Source: Felis catus
Lineage: Eukaryota
Reading direction: 5' to 3'
NCBI RefSeq assembly: GCF_018350175.1
Contig: NC_058373.1
Span: 117,616,001-117,680,000, forward strand
DNA length: 64,000 bases
In this document: in pieces, positions 23,464-35,302 of the stretch
Layout of the letters: each line of letters begins with the position of its first letter
How positions within the stretch are numbered: the stretch's first letter is position 1
Translations under genes and position numbers: made by a program
Notes under the pieces: model-generated
What the model saw: only the letters and a program-made list of their open reading frames with translations
What the model was told of the DNA's origin: nothing
Database searches by the model: none

Positions 23464-23867
23464 AGTCTTCTGCCTTCTTAAGACTAGTTCATTCCTTAGC
23501 TTCTAATCACCCAGATCCTTAACCATCACCTACTTAGGTCAACCCACCTCCGTCATCTTCCTACTCTCCAGTCTACTTTTTCCTTCCTCACTTGAATAAA
23601 ATCAAGTTCAGGACGGGCCCATAAGCATTAAGAGACACTCTACCTAAGAGTTAAAATGCCTGGTTTGGGGTAGGATTCCCACACCCCCCAAAGGACCAGC
23701 AACACACCTTGGCCCCCCAACCTGCCCCAGAGCCCTGCCTGTTCCAAGTGCTGGGGTCAAGGCTCCCAACCCCAGAGATCAACAGGGTCCCGTAGCTAAG
23801 TCATTCGGCCTCCATGGCTCTGGCAACAATTAATTCACCTGTCTGGCTCTCTGTCTCTGTCCCTGTC

Positions 23868-23869
23868 TG

Positions 23870-23901
<32 letters not shown>
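23868..23901. repeat. Interrupted (TG)n just upstream of the terminal exon acceptor
   Basis: Direct reading. Confidence 0.9.
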
Positions 23902-23938
23902 CACCTGTGCGTGCCAACTCTGTCGCCTGTCTCTGCAG

Positions 23939-23989
23939 GGAAAGTCGCTGGCGGGCAAGCGCCTCACCGGCCTGATGCAGTCCTCCTGA
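23939..23989 (+). CDS. RGS6: RGS6 terminal (alpha) coding exon, GKSLAGKRLTGLMQSS*
   Basis: tgtcgcctgtctctgcag|GGA acceptor. Translation is the recognised RGS6 C-terminus (compare RGS7 GKSLTSKRLTSLAQSY). TGA at 23987-23989. Confidence 0.95.
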   Translation, partial: GKSLAGKRLTGLMQSS

Positions 23990-24105
23990 CGGTCCCCGCC
24001 GCAGGGCCCGGGCCCGACGACCCCACGGGCAGGCGGCGGCGCTCCACATCCGCGGACAGAGTTTCCCTACGGGGAGATCTGGTCACTGTGAAAGAGAAGG
24101 AGTGA
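23939..24105 (+). CDS. RGS6: Alternative reading frame of the RGS6 terminal exon (GKVAGGQAPHRPDAVLLTVPAAGPGPDDPTGRRRRSTSADRVSLRGDLVTVKEKE*)
   Basis: 55 codons open from the acceptor when entered in phase 1 (tail of track ORF 23869..24105); reachable through exon 14765-14831. Confidence 0.65.
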
Positions 24106-24852
24106 GGGAGATGACGGGCGGCAGAGGGGAGACTCGGTGGGTGCCCGGGGACACCATGCAGAAAAAGTCCACAGAGCCCGGGGTCGGCCCTGCAGAGGCC
24201 CCTGTTTACAACCCTCTCTTCCTTGTACAGTTGTGCGCCGACACCCCATTCTCGAGGAGGCCCTTGGCCCTAACTCGTTCGGGGCACAACTCGTGGCGGG
24301 GCTCCTGTCGTGACTCTCACTTGAGGTCATATCCTTATTATCGCCACTCTTCCTTCTGTCTGGGGGACCACGCCTTCCGGCAGATGCAAGAGCCACCGGC
24401 AGGCCCCGAGCACCCCCAGTATTACCCCCCCACCCCCCACCTCCGCACAGCGGCCAGTGTGCCCACAGCGCCCCCTAGAGCGACAGCCGCTGCGTCCCGA
24501 CGGCCCCCTTTCTGGCCCCGCCCCGGCCCCCATCTGTGCAAGGACCCTCGTGCAACCGGCCAGGTGGAGGCCACACCGCTGAGCAACCCCGCCGACTGCT
24601 CCACCTCCAGGTTCTTTCAGCCCCCTGCAGGCCGACTTTCCGGGGGGGGGGGTCCCCACGGGGCGTGGGGCTGCCCCCTGGTCCCGTCAAGTGCCTCCAG
24701 GGTCCGACACCACAGGAAGCACCGGTGTCCGGGAAAGAGCTCGTGGTTTAACAGCCGTGGAGGTTCTGACCATCTTTGGAAACATTTATTATTTCCGAAT
24801 TTATTCTGGTTTCGCCCCTTCTCCTTGGTTTGTTCCCTCGTGTTTTACTCAA

Positions 24853-24858
24853 AATAAA
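24853..24858 (+). terminator. RGS6: Proximal polyadenylation signal candidate
   Basis: AATAAA preceded by a U-rich block with ATTTA pentamers (~24784-24802) inside an otherwise GC-rich UTR. Confidence 0.5.
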
Positions 24859-27800
24859 CATGGCCGTGAACTCGGGGGCACTGGGATCCTCCCCTCCGGC
24901 AGCCCCCTTCCCCCGGGGTGGGGGGAGGTGGCTGGGGCATAGGCATGGCCGAGCCCCTGCAGGGAGGGCCAGGTCTCACTTGTGTCTGAAGTTGGGGCTG
25001 AGTTGGCTCCAGAGGGCCTAGGCCAGGACCAAATGGTTCTCTGCCAGCCCAGCAAAGTGGGCCCTAAACGAAGTGGACCGTCAAGGGGGAAAGCAGACAC
25101 AAAGAAAAACCTGCAAAAACCTGCAAAAAAAAGCCCACTTGCACTCCCTTCGTGTGTATGTCAAAACGACTATCTGCCAGTTGGCTGTGACGTAATACAT
25201 GTACATCGCCGAGTCAGGTGCCTGACGCGTAGTAGGTGCTTAGCAAACGGTAGCTATTACTCTCGCGATTATTGTTGTCATCCTTGTGACTCCCGTGAGC
25301 CCTCCGACAGCGGTATTGAGCAACATGTTTTTGAATTCAGACACTCACTCCACCTGCTAGAACTATCCTTCGATCTATTTTTGGCCATAGGTGAAATTTT
25401 TCCCTGGGGAGTGTATAAGCAGCAAACACAGAAGCAAAACAAACAAACAAACAAAAAGCGATCACTGGTGTTTCTTTACTTACGTAGGCAAATTCACCAG
25501 CTGGTGACCAAAGTCTCAAGCTTGTTTGCAGACCCCGCCTCCTGGGTGCTCCCATGACCATCTTTGCCACCCCACATCAGTGCGGTCATGTGTCTGACTC
25601 CACAGGGCCCTGTCCCCACGGCACCAGCCTTCCATCCCCCACAGCAGGGCCACTGTGGGCATTAGGAAACTTGGCTATGGCTGTACCCTTGCGGGTTTGT
25701 GACCACTATGCCTCAGTTTCCCCCACTGGCGGTAGTTGCTCTCTCTTCCAGGTAGAGTAGATATTAGGGAGGGGACATGTGTTGGGTCCTCAGGTTGTCT
25801 CCAGCGGTGGATAGACCCGGACTCTTGTCAGGCACTCCCACACCCTGATATCACACAACCTCAGCACAGACTGTGGCCCTAGGAAGATACTCAGAAACTA
25901 TGTGATGAGTACACGAACGAAATGAAGCCCCATCCCATGTTACGGGGTTTTTTGACTCCTCTCCTTGTTCTTGTTCTGCCTTTTTTTTTTTTTTTAAATC
26001 TCCTTGCTTTTCACACAGGACTCCTTTTTCAGAACCAAAATGCAGTTCAAGTTTTTCTGCACCCAGTATTGCCCCAAAGAAGCTCCTCCCTGTCAGGGGT
26101 CCCCAAGCTGTGTTGACATCAAGGCACAGGGTATGTGGACAAAGGAAGTTCCAGAACAGCAGCACCTCTGTGCCCTCAGTTACCCAGGGCAAAGGCCTGA
26201 CTGCCCCCTGCCCTTCCCCATGGGCTGTGGACAGAGCAAGTTTGGCTTCCCCAGTCCCCCTGGCCACTGCTCCTGAGCGATGCTGGCTGAGACTTGGCCA
26301 ACCCTGGAGGTCCCACCCGGAGCCAGATGGACTGCACCCCCGAGATGGTGCAGGCTGAAGGTTTCCAAACACTTCTGGGGACCCGTTCTGGGGGCAGCCA
26401 GCAGATTCAATAGAGGTACGTTCAAACCCAGAGCAATAAGTCCCCTCACCCCACCTCCCAACCAGGCATACTCGGTCCCGTGACCATCGCGTGCTCCCCA
26501 GTAGATCAAACCAAGCAACGGGGGTGGGAGGATGGGGTGGCTCCACCCAGCTGGCCAGTCCAAGGTCATCTACTGTGCAGACCTTCGAATGCAAGCACAC
26601 TTCGAAAATACGGTCTTGGCGGGTTCCCCATTGGCCTGGTCTACACAACCAAAACTTCAAACCAGATTAGACTTCTGAAGGCAGTTTTGTAGCAAAACAG
26701 GTCTCCCTGCTTCCAGAAGCTTCCTTAGCTCTCCTGCTGGGCAGAGTCTCTGGACCAGAGACTCTTCTTATTGAGGGCTCACTGGACCAATATCCTGTTG
26801 GCAGCCCCATAGTCAAAGCTTCAGGGCAGCCACAGAAGTGACCACCCACCCAGCAGCGTCAGACGCACAGGTACCAGGCACTGGACATCTGACTGAGATC
26901 ACCTTTGCCTCAAGGGAAGAAGAAAACTTGGAGGTTGGCGCATGTAAATGCCCAGCAGCACCCAGAGGGCCCGGCCCAAGCAGCGGTGGGGAGAGGGCTC
27001 CTCCCCTTGCAGAAAGTGATGTCCTGTTCTGTCCGGTGCCGCTGTACCCCAGGAACACGGTGGGGCCCAGCCCAACGGTGCCATCAGCTGAGCGGGGCTC
27101 CAGGCCCACCAAGGCCTAGAGGTCAGGTACAGGCTAGCACCCCAGAGGCCCCTCTCACAACTCTGAGTTGTTGCGTAGACCAGTGTGGGGACATGCTCCG
27201 GTGGCGGGGGTGGAGGGGGTCTTCCTGGCAGGATTGCTGGTGTGTTTAAACTACCTCACCAACAGGACATTGAACCAGGAGCCTGCCACCATCAGGCCTT
27301 TTTGCTGTTTGTGGAAGTTGATGTTTCTCCTAAAATGTGCCCCTCCCATTGTGCTCCAAATGCATGGGCTTCAAAAGCCACCACTAAGAAGCCTTGCCCC
27401 TGTGCTGGAAAGGTTAGCGGGCTGTTGGTCTTTGGACCTTGCAGAGTGTGTTGGGGGGGGGGGGTGTTCCAACAAGGTTCAGGAGCTAGAAAGCCCTGGG
27501 GTTGAGGGAACATAATGGGCCACCAGCCTCCAACAGGGCTGGCCGAGCTGAGAATGGAGCAAGGACCGTGTGCGGCGTAGTTGAATAGTGGTCAGCTGAA
27601 TCCCTGATAACTCACCCTGGGACCCTCTGAAAAGAGTTCTGTGCTGTTGTAACAATGGGAAGGGCAAATGCCAGCAGCCTACTCATTAGTACCACCCAGT
27701 GATAAGGCCTCCCCTGGGCAAGGCCCGGAGGCCATCAAGTAGCAACGTAGCAAATGTAGCAATAAGGGGCTCAGGGCCTTAAAGGGACAGGGTCCAAATG

Positions 27801-28017
27801 ATCCGGTCTTGGCCCTCTCCCCAGTCCCAAGGAGGGCTCAGAGCCAGCTACCGTCAGCTGTTCAGGGAGGACTCCTGGTCTATATTCTATGCCCAATCAC
27901 AGCATGATCACAGACACGTCGGAATGGCCTTCTCATAGTGCATGTGGTTCTCATTAGTTTATTTTTCTGGAATTTGGGGATTGGACCCCAGACCCAAACA
28001 TGCTGGTACAGTCTAAA

Positions 28018-28023
28018 AATAAA
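28018..28023 (+). terminator. RGS6: Distal polyadenylation signal candidate
   Basis: AATAAA with U-rich upstream sequence and downstream ttctgtgtggctccttggt; a second AATAAA lies near 28104. Confidence 0.6.
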
Positions 28024-28159
28024 TGACTTGAACCCACTATAATCCAGCTAATTCTGTGTGGCTCCTTGGTCTGGGGGGTTATTGGGCAGGCTTTACTGCT
28101 AGAAATAAAAAAAGGTACCACCTCACCTCTTTCCCCACCCACACCCAGCCCCATTAATA

Positions 28160-28160
<1 letters not shown>

Positions 28161-28192
<32 letters not shown>
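28161..28192. repeat. (CA)n microsatellite
   Basis: Direct reading. Confidence 0.9.
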
Positions 28193-28194
<2 letters not shown>

Positions 28195-29311
28195 GTCTGG
28201 TTCCCCCTCACTGCCAAGCAGAAAAGCTCGGGAAAGCCAGATCTCTGGGGTGTGGGACTCATCCTGGTAGGTTGGGACAATGGTGTCACTGGAAGGCTAG
28301 AGCCCCGACCCTGCCAAGTTCTTCTTGGCTGCATGGCCTCTGTGCCCCCTTGTTTGTGCTCAGCCACAAAACCCAGTGGCCTGAAAAAACGTCAGCAGTG
28401 GCCAGACGCCGCTATGATGCCCTTAAGTAAAGTCCCAAGGTTGAAGTCTGCTGCATACAGATGGTGCTCCTCATAGAGAACCTTGGTTTCCTGAGCGACA
28501 GACAATCGCATCTCCCACTAATGCCGAAGCAGTGGGGCTCTGAGAGCCCGGAAGTCAGGTTGACAAGAGGAAGGCAAGAACAAGGTAAAAAGGAGCCGTG
28601 GTGCTCGAAGCTCCCTTCAGTGGCAGAACCTTTGCTCCCGGAAGGAGCAATGATCTTAGAGGATTGTGCCTTTAGTCACACCTGCATGGGAACCAGTTTG
28701 TCTCCCAACCCCGGGCCCACCTCCCAGAGCAGGACTTCCTGCCCCACACGGTCAAGACCAAGTCCACACCTGTCACGGTGCCTGAATTGTCAAGTCTGTG
28801 GCGTACCCTGCTGTCGGGTCTCGGCCGCCACAGAAGAGCCTTCCTTCTCTGTCCTCCTTGATCAAGGCCACCGCCTCGAGGGAACCCGGAACTTCTCCTA
28901 CCCAGCAGAGCCACCTGGCTTATTTCCAGAATCGTCCTCTAACAAGCTGTCACTGCCCGTGTATCCTGCTGACCACCAGGAGCAGAGATGTGCTCAGGTC
29001 CAGGGGACAGGTGGGGATTGGGGCTGCCATTTATAACACTAAGAGCTGTGCCCACCTGGGAATCTTCCCCAGGGACTTCTGGCACAAAGGGCATGAGGCT
29101 ACCCCTTCCTTGGTGCCAGCTTCCAATTGCTCACTAGTCCCAGCTTCCAATGCATGTCTTAGGACCTTTTCTGGGATGTGGCAGCCTCCAGGCTCTGTGG
29201 CTTGGACAAACAAGCAGGAGGCCCTCTGAGGGGCATGCCCCCTACTGGCCACAGAGCACTGGTGGCACGCTTTCCCTCCATCTGCCTTCCTGAGCAGAAG
29301 TGCCCACATGA

Positions 29312-29525
29312 GGGGCGCCTGGGTGGCTCAGTCAGTTGAGCGTCCGACTTCAGCTCAGGTCATGATCTCGCAGCTCGTGAGTTCGAGCCCCGCGTCGGGC
29401 TCTGTGCTGGCAGCTCGGAGCCTGGAGCCTGCTTCGGATTCTGTGCCTCCCTCTCTCTCTGTCCCAACCCACTCGCATTCTGTCTCTGTCTCTCTCAAAA
29501 ATAAACATTAAAAAAAAAAAAAAAA
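29312..29525 (+). mobile_element. Can-SINE
   Basis: ggggcgcctgggtggctcagtc start, poly-A tail; TSD agaagtgcccacatga. Confidence 0.95.
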
Positions 29526-29728
29526 AGAAGTGCCCACATGAACTCCTGGCTTCCGTTCCTGGGACCTCCAGTGCACGCAGCCGGACCCTCCAGTGCACGC
29601 AGCTGGGCCCCTTCCCTATACCCAGCCCTTCGGCACGCACAGTGGGATCACAGGATCTGTCCCTGACTGTGTATACCGGGGGGAAGGACTCCCTGGCCAT
29701 GGAGAAGCTACAGGGTCGGGCTTGTTCT

Positions 29729-29943
29729 TCTTCTTAATGTTTATTTATTTTGAGAGAGAGACAGAGACAGAGACAGAGTGCAAGCAGGGGAGGGGCAGAG
29801 AGAAAGAGACACAGAATCCGAAACAGGCTTCAGGCTCTGAGCTGTCAACACAGAGCCCGACGCAGGGCTCAAACACATGAGCTGTGAGATCATGACCTGA
29901 ATCGAAGCTGGATGCTTAACTGACTGAGCCATCCAGGTGCCCT
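29729..29943 (-). mobile_element. Can-SINE
   Basis: SINE body; TSD gggtc(g/t)ggcttgttct. Confidence 0.92.
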
Positions 29944-30149
29944 GGGTCTGGCTTGTTCTAAATGGGCTCGGGAGGGGGGGGGGGAGGGGGCTCAACATGA
30001 GCTCCATCTAGAACAGCACTCTCTGTTTGCTTTTGCTGCCTTAAAGCACGGGCTCAGGCCCCTCGGAGCCTTGGAGCTAGCCTAGCTAGGTCTAGCCTAT
30101 CTCAGCAGCAGACAAAAGAAAGAAACGGCCCCTGATTGCACAGGCTGAG

Positions 30150-30275
30150 TCCCACCTCTTCACTTAGTTTCCTTGTTTGTAAAACAAAGATTAGAATTTT
30201 AAAATCTTACAGTTGTTGTGAATGAATACAGAGGGCTTGGCCTCTGCCTGGCACATAGTAAGTGCTCATGAAATG
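30150..30275 (+). mobile_element. MIR fragment
   Basis: cttagtttccttgtttgtaaaa...tgcctggcacatagtaagtgctca. Confidence 0.65.
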
Positions 30276-31127
30276 GGGCTGGTCTCGGCCCTGGGAGGCG
30301 GCGAAGGTGGAGGGCCTTTGTAGATCCCCACCCGGCAGCTTTCGCAGTGGCCTGGCCCCTGAGCGTTGGCTCTTCCTGCCAGCAGGGAGGCTGGCTGCGG
30401 TTTCTCTGGGGGTACAGGTAGCAGCCTCTGCCTGTGTCAAGCCCCTTGCTGTCTTCTTCCCAGCGAGGGCCTGGTTCCCTGACTCTGTGTCGCCTGGATG
30501 GTCTCAACAGTCTTGTGTTAGGCCTTAGTAAATTGCAGAGCAGAAGGCTAGAGGGCTGCTCCTTCAGACGCTGGCTGGAAAACGGAAGTAGGGTTCCATG
30601 TTCTCTATCTAGATTCCCATTCTTCTCACAGGCCTCTGTGGCTGTTTCACTGGGATTTGGATTCTGGGCTCTCATTCAGAAATAGTCCATTCCAGGCCAA
30701 CGATTCAGACGGCAGAGCTGGGATGAGCGGCTGTGGGCAAGGCCTGTCTTCCGAGGAGGTTCAGCGGGCACACGGACACACGCATGGCTGTGGAGGGAGC
30801 GGCCTTGTTCCCAAAATGGCGACCCACACGAATGAAGCCTGTTTTTCCTCCTTTGCACACTACATCACAGAAAGATTATTCTGAGTTGGGGAAGGGTAGG
30901 AAGAATCAGGGAAGGGAAGTTTCAAAATGAGATGAGGCCCTGGGTATCTCCTCCTGTCGCCCTGCCCGCGACTGTCCCCCCAGGGGAGAACCAGTGAATC
31001 CTGGCACTTGCAGGGATCTTGGAGATTTTCTAGTTAAATAGTGAATGTGAGCATGAGTCTGTGTGTGTGTGTGTGTGTGCGCACGTGCACACGTGTGCTA
31101 ACTAGTGTGTGAGTGTATTTCACATTT

Positions 31128-31455
31128 TTGTGTTTGTTGAAGTATAATTTTACATGCAATAAAATTCACTCTTTTAGATACAGTGTTTTCCATTTTGAGC
31201 AACTTACACAGTGATGTCACCACCACCAAAAATCAAGATAGAGAGTAATTCACCCCCAAAAGTGCCCTTGTGGCTCTTTATTGTTGATCCGTTCTCCCCA
31301 CCCACTTGCTCCTGGCCACTATTGATCTGTTTTCGTCGCCTTTTTCAGAGAGCCACATAATGGAAATTATACAGTGTGTGGCCTTTTGGATCTAGCTTCT
31401 CTCACTTAGCACAACACACATCGTTGCATATATCAGTAGAACATTCCCCCGTGTT
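31128..31455 (-). mobile_element. L1MB-like 3' end
   Basis: ttgaagtataattttacatgcaataaaattcactctttt...tggaaattatacagtgtgtggccttttg. Confidence 0.7.
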
Positions 31456-31482
31456 TTGTTTTTAAACATAAAGAAACAGGCC

Positions 31483-31715
31483 GAGCGCCTGGGTGGCTCA
31501 GTCAGTTGGGCGTCCGACTTCGGCTCAGGTCATGATCTCAGGGTTCCTGGGTTCAAGCCCCACGTCGGGCTCTGTGCTGACAGCTCAGAGCCTGGAGCCT
31601 ACTTTGGATTCTGTGCCTCCCTCTCTCTCTCTCTCTCTGCCTCTCCCCACCTTGTGCTCTATCTCTCTCGGTCCCTCAAAAATAAATAAATGTAAAAAAA
31701 AATTTTTTTTAAAAA
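31483..31715 (+). mobile_element. Can-SINE
   Basis: SINE body; TSD gaaacaggcc. Confidence 0.92.
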
Positions 31716-32589
31716 GGAAACAGGCCCAGAGTGGGGAGACGGAGAGGAGACACAGGAGCAGGGCCCGGAATTCAGGTCCCCACTACCACCTGCCCCACAG
31801 GCTCATTGGCCACAGCTTCTTCAATAAGAAGTCATTTTTTTAAGCCTCCAAAATCCATGAGCTGCTGTTTGAGAAAATACGTGATGACAGCCCGTACACT
31901 GAAGAAAATGCATGATTATTCATCTACCAGAAACTACTGACTTGCAAGCAAAGGGAAGCAATCGTGCATATCAGACTGAATCTTTATTCAGTTAGCAAGT
32001 AGTGCTGTGTAGACCACTCCCAATGACTCTGGGCCTTTCCCAGTCCTTTCCCAAAGAGATTAACACAGAATAATGAAGTGATAAAAGCTACCTGGAAGCT
32101 GGACCAGACCCCACGGACATGGAGATCCAGGGTAGGGTGGAATGGGTAGAATGGTGCAGCCATGAAATGCAGGCCAATATGACACGATAATCCAGAATCA
32201 TCTTGTATATTTCCTGTCTCATACCTAAGTTCCAAGTGAGTGAAAGACTGACAAATGCTTTGCCATAAAGTCAGGGGGTCCCGTGATAGAATTTGCCTAT
32301 AGAAACTGAGTCTCCCATGCCTCCAGACTATTAGAATTAAAAATTCATTTAACAATCAACTAGCCCAGAATCTTCATACTACAGAATAGGACACAGGGAA
32401 GTAACATACGGAAATATAAGTAACTCACATAAGGTTACACAGGGCTATGGCAGGACAAGGGTTAAAAGACTAGGCCTCTGAGTCCCACAGACCTACCTCT
32501 CCTTACATGCCCTCAACCCCTCTACTCAGCCCTTGCACTCAGGCCACATCCTAGCCTTTACTGTGTGTGCTGGAAGGTAGACATAGAAA

Positions 32590-34203
32590 GTGGATGGACC
32601 CACTTTTAAAACTTACTATAAAGCTACGGTAATCAAAGCAGTGTGGTACCGGTGTAAGGATAGACATATAGGTCAATGGAATGGAATTAAGAGTCTAAAA
32701 GTAAATCCATACATTTATGGTCAATTTATTTTTAACAAGAGTGCCAAAAGAACTCAGTGGGGAAAAGAATCGTCTTTCCAACAAATGGTGCTGGAACAAC
32801 TAAATAAAGTTGAAAAAATGAAGTTGGACCCTACCTCACACCATACAAAAATTAATTCGAAATGGATAAAAGGTACTAATACTATAAAATTCTTAGAAGA
32901 AAATATAGAGATAATTTTTCATGACCTTGGATTAGGCAATAGTTTCTTATACATAACACCAAAAATACCAACAAAAACAACTAGGTAAATTTGACTTCAT
33001 CAAAATTAAAAACTTCTGTGCTTCAGGGGCGCCTGGCTGACTTGGTTAAGCATCTGACTTCAGCTCAGGTCGTGATCTCACAGTTCATGAGTTTGAGCCC
33101 CACGTCGGGTTCTGTGCTGACACCTCAGAGTCTGAAGCCTGTTTCGGATTCTGTGTGTATCTCTCTCTGCCCCTCCCCTGCTCACTTTATCTCTCTCTTT
33201 GAAAATAATAAACATTTAATAAATAAATAAATAAATACTTCTGTGCTTCAAAGAATACCATTAAGAAAGTGAGAAAAATAATCCCTAGACTGGGAGAAAA
33301 TATTTGAGAATTATGCAACTGACAGGTACTTATATCTACATTATATATCTCTTAAAACTCAATAATAAAAAGACAACACAATTAAAAGATGGGCAAAGGA
33401 TTTGTATAGACATTTCTTCAAAGAAAAAAATGGTCAGCAGGCACGTGAAAAGATACTCAACATCATTAGCCATCAGGGAAATGCAAGTCAAAAACATAAT
33501 GAGATACCACCTCACACCCACGAGGTAGGCTATCCACAAAGAGACAGATAATAAGTGTTCATGAGGATGTGGGTAAATTAGAGCTCTCATACACTGCTGA
33601 TGGGGATGTAAAATGGTGCAGCCACTTTGGGAAACAGTTTGGCGTTTCTTCAAAAGGTTAAACATAGAATTGCCATGTGACCCTGCAATCCCCCTCCTAG
33701 GTATACACCCAGAAAAAAATGAAAACATATGACCATACAAAAATTTGGACACTAATATTTATGGCATTATTCACAATAACCAAAAAGGGAAATAATCCAG
33801 ATGTCTGTCAATTGATAAATGCATAAGCAAAATATGATATATCCATACAATGGAATGGCCATGAAGAGGAATGAAATACTGATACATGGTACAACACAGA
33901 TGGGCCTCGAAAACACACTAAGTGAAAGAAGCTAGTCACAAAGGACCATATATTGTATGATTCCATTTATTTGCAATGTCCAGAAAAGGCCAATCTATAG
34001 ACACAGGAAGTGGATTAGTGATTGCTTGGGGCTAGGTAAAGTGGGGCAGAAGAGGGGGCAGAAAAGCCATTGCTTAGAGTGGAATGTGATGGAATTTCTT
34101 TCAGGGGTGTGATGTTGCACTACTCTACGAATATACTAAAAACCATTGACTTGTATGCTTTAAATGAGTGAGTTGTATGGTATGTGAATCGTATTCTAAT
34201 AAC
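32590..34203 (+). mobile_element. 5'-truncated L1 (L1MB-like): decayed ORF2 C-terminal region plus 3'UTR
   Basis: Track ORF 32590..32988 (FKTYYKATVIKAVWY...QWNGI...YIYGQFIFNK) and MRYHLTPTR are L1 ORF2 motifs; frames are broken. Confidence 0.9.
33026..33234 (+). mobile_element. Can-SINE inserted in L1
   Basis: TSD acttctgtgcttca on both sides. Confidence 0.92.
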
Positions 34204-35302
34204 GGAGAGCGGGGAGGGGGAGAGGAGGGAGGGAAGAAGAAGGACAAAGAGGAAGAGGAAAGGAAGGAGGAAGGGAAGAAGAGAGGGAGGTGAGATCACT
34301 ATCGGCCAGAGGGAAATCCAAGCCTGTTTTTCTAAGTCACCAAGAGAAGAGCTGGTCCCCAGAGAGTGTGGGCGGAGGTAGACACAGAGAACTTTGAAAT
34401 CCTATCTAGTGGCAAAGACAGGGTCAGCAGGTGCCAGGTCATCCCAGAGCAAGTGGTCTGTTTCAACTGTCTCTGCCTGCTCTGGGAATTCAAGTCCTCG
34501 AGCCCCACCTTGTAAGGAACTAATTAAATTATGTGGATTAGTGGTCTGCTGGATAAGAGAGCCACTCAACACACTCTCCTGCATCCAATGTGAGCCTTGT
34601 TTCCCAAAGCTTTAAGCCCTAGGGACATTCAAGCTGTAAGAGAAATGCCCCGGATGGAGTCAGAAGACTGGGGTTCTAGTTCTGGAGCTGCCGCCATTAG
34701 CTGTGTGGCCTTAGGCAGCTCATGGTAGCCCAGGCCATCTGGGGCAAATGTTAAAAAAAAAGAATGCCAAGCCTCACCTCCACAGGTTCCAAATCAGAAG
34801 GTTTGAGAAGGACTATGCAGGGATCTCCATTTTTAGTAAGTAATCCTATCTGCACAGCAGAGGAAACCATCAACAAAATGAAAAAGATAACCTTCGGAAT
34901 GGGAGAAGATAGTCGCAAATCACAAATCTGAGAAGAGGTTAGTATCCAAAATATATAAAGAACTCCTACAACTCAATAACAACAACACAAAAACCAAACA
35001 ATCCAATTAAAAAATGGACAGAGCAACTGAACAGACATTTTTTTTTTCAAAGAAGATGTACAAATGGCCAACAAGTACGTGAAGAGGGGTTCCACATCAC
35101 TAATCAGGGAAATGCAGATCAGAACCACCCTGAGATATCAGCTGACTCCTGTCAGAATGGCTAACATCCAGAAGATAAAACATAACAAATGTTGGTGAAG
35201 ATGTGGAAAAAGGGAACCCTCGTGCACTGTTGGTGGGAAAGCAAACTGGTGCAGCCACTTTGGAAAACAGTACTGGTGTATCTTAAAAAGTTGAAAAGAG
35301 AG

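Larger units (their letters stand above)
23905..24760. promoter_or_regulatory. CpG-rich island-like segment over the terminal exon and proximal 3'UTR
   Basis: Visibly high GC and CpG density relative to flanks (not computed). Confidence 0.5.
23990..28045 (+). other. RGS6: RGS6 3'UTR (long form, end approximate)
   Basis: Follows the stop codon, lacks young SINE/L1 insertions, and ends at AATAAA 28018-28023 followed by GT-rich sequence. Confidence 0.65.

Noticed and set aside
25484..25570. Minus-strand TAC|GTAAGT donor with short upstream ORF
   Set aside because: Isolated donor antisense to the RGS6 UTR, with no matching acceptor or recognisable peptide.
24102..26660. Long ORFs of 251, 191 and 269 aa in the 3'UTR
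   Set aside because: Expected by chance in GC-rich UTR DNA; low-complexity translations with no recognised homology.
32590..33752. ORFs with protein-like sequence
   Set aside because: Decayed L1 ORF2 and its antisense, not host genes.
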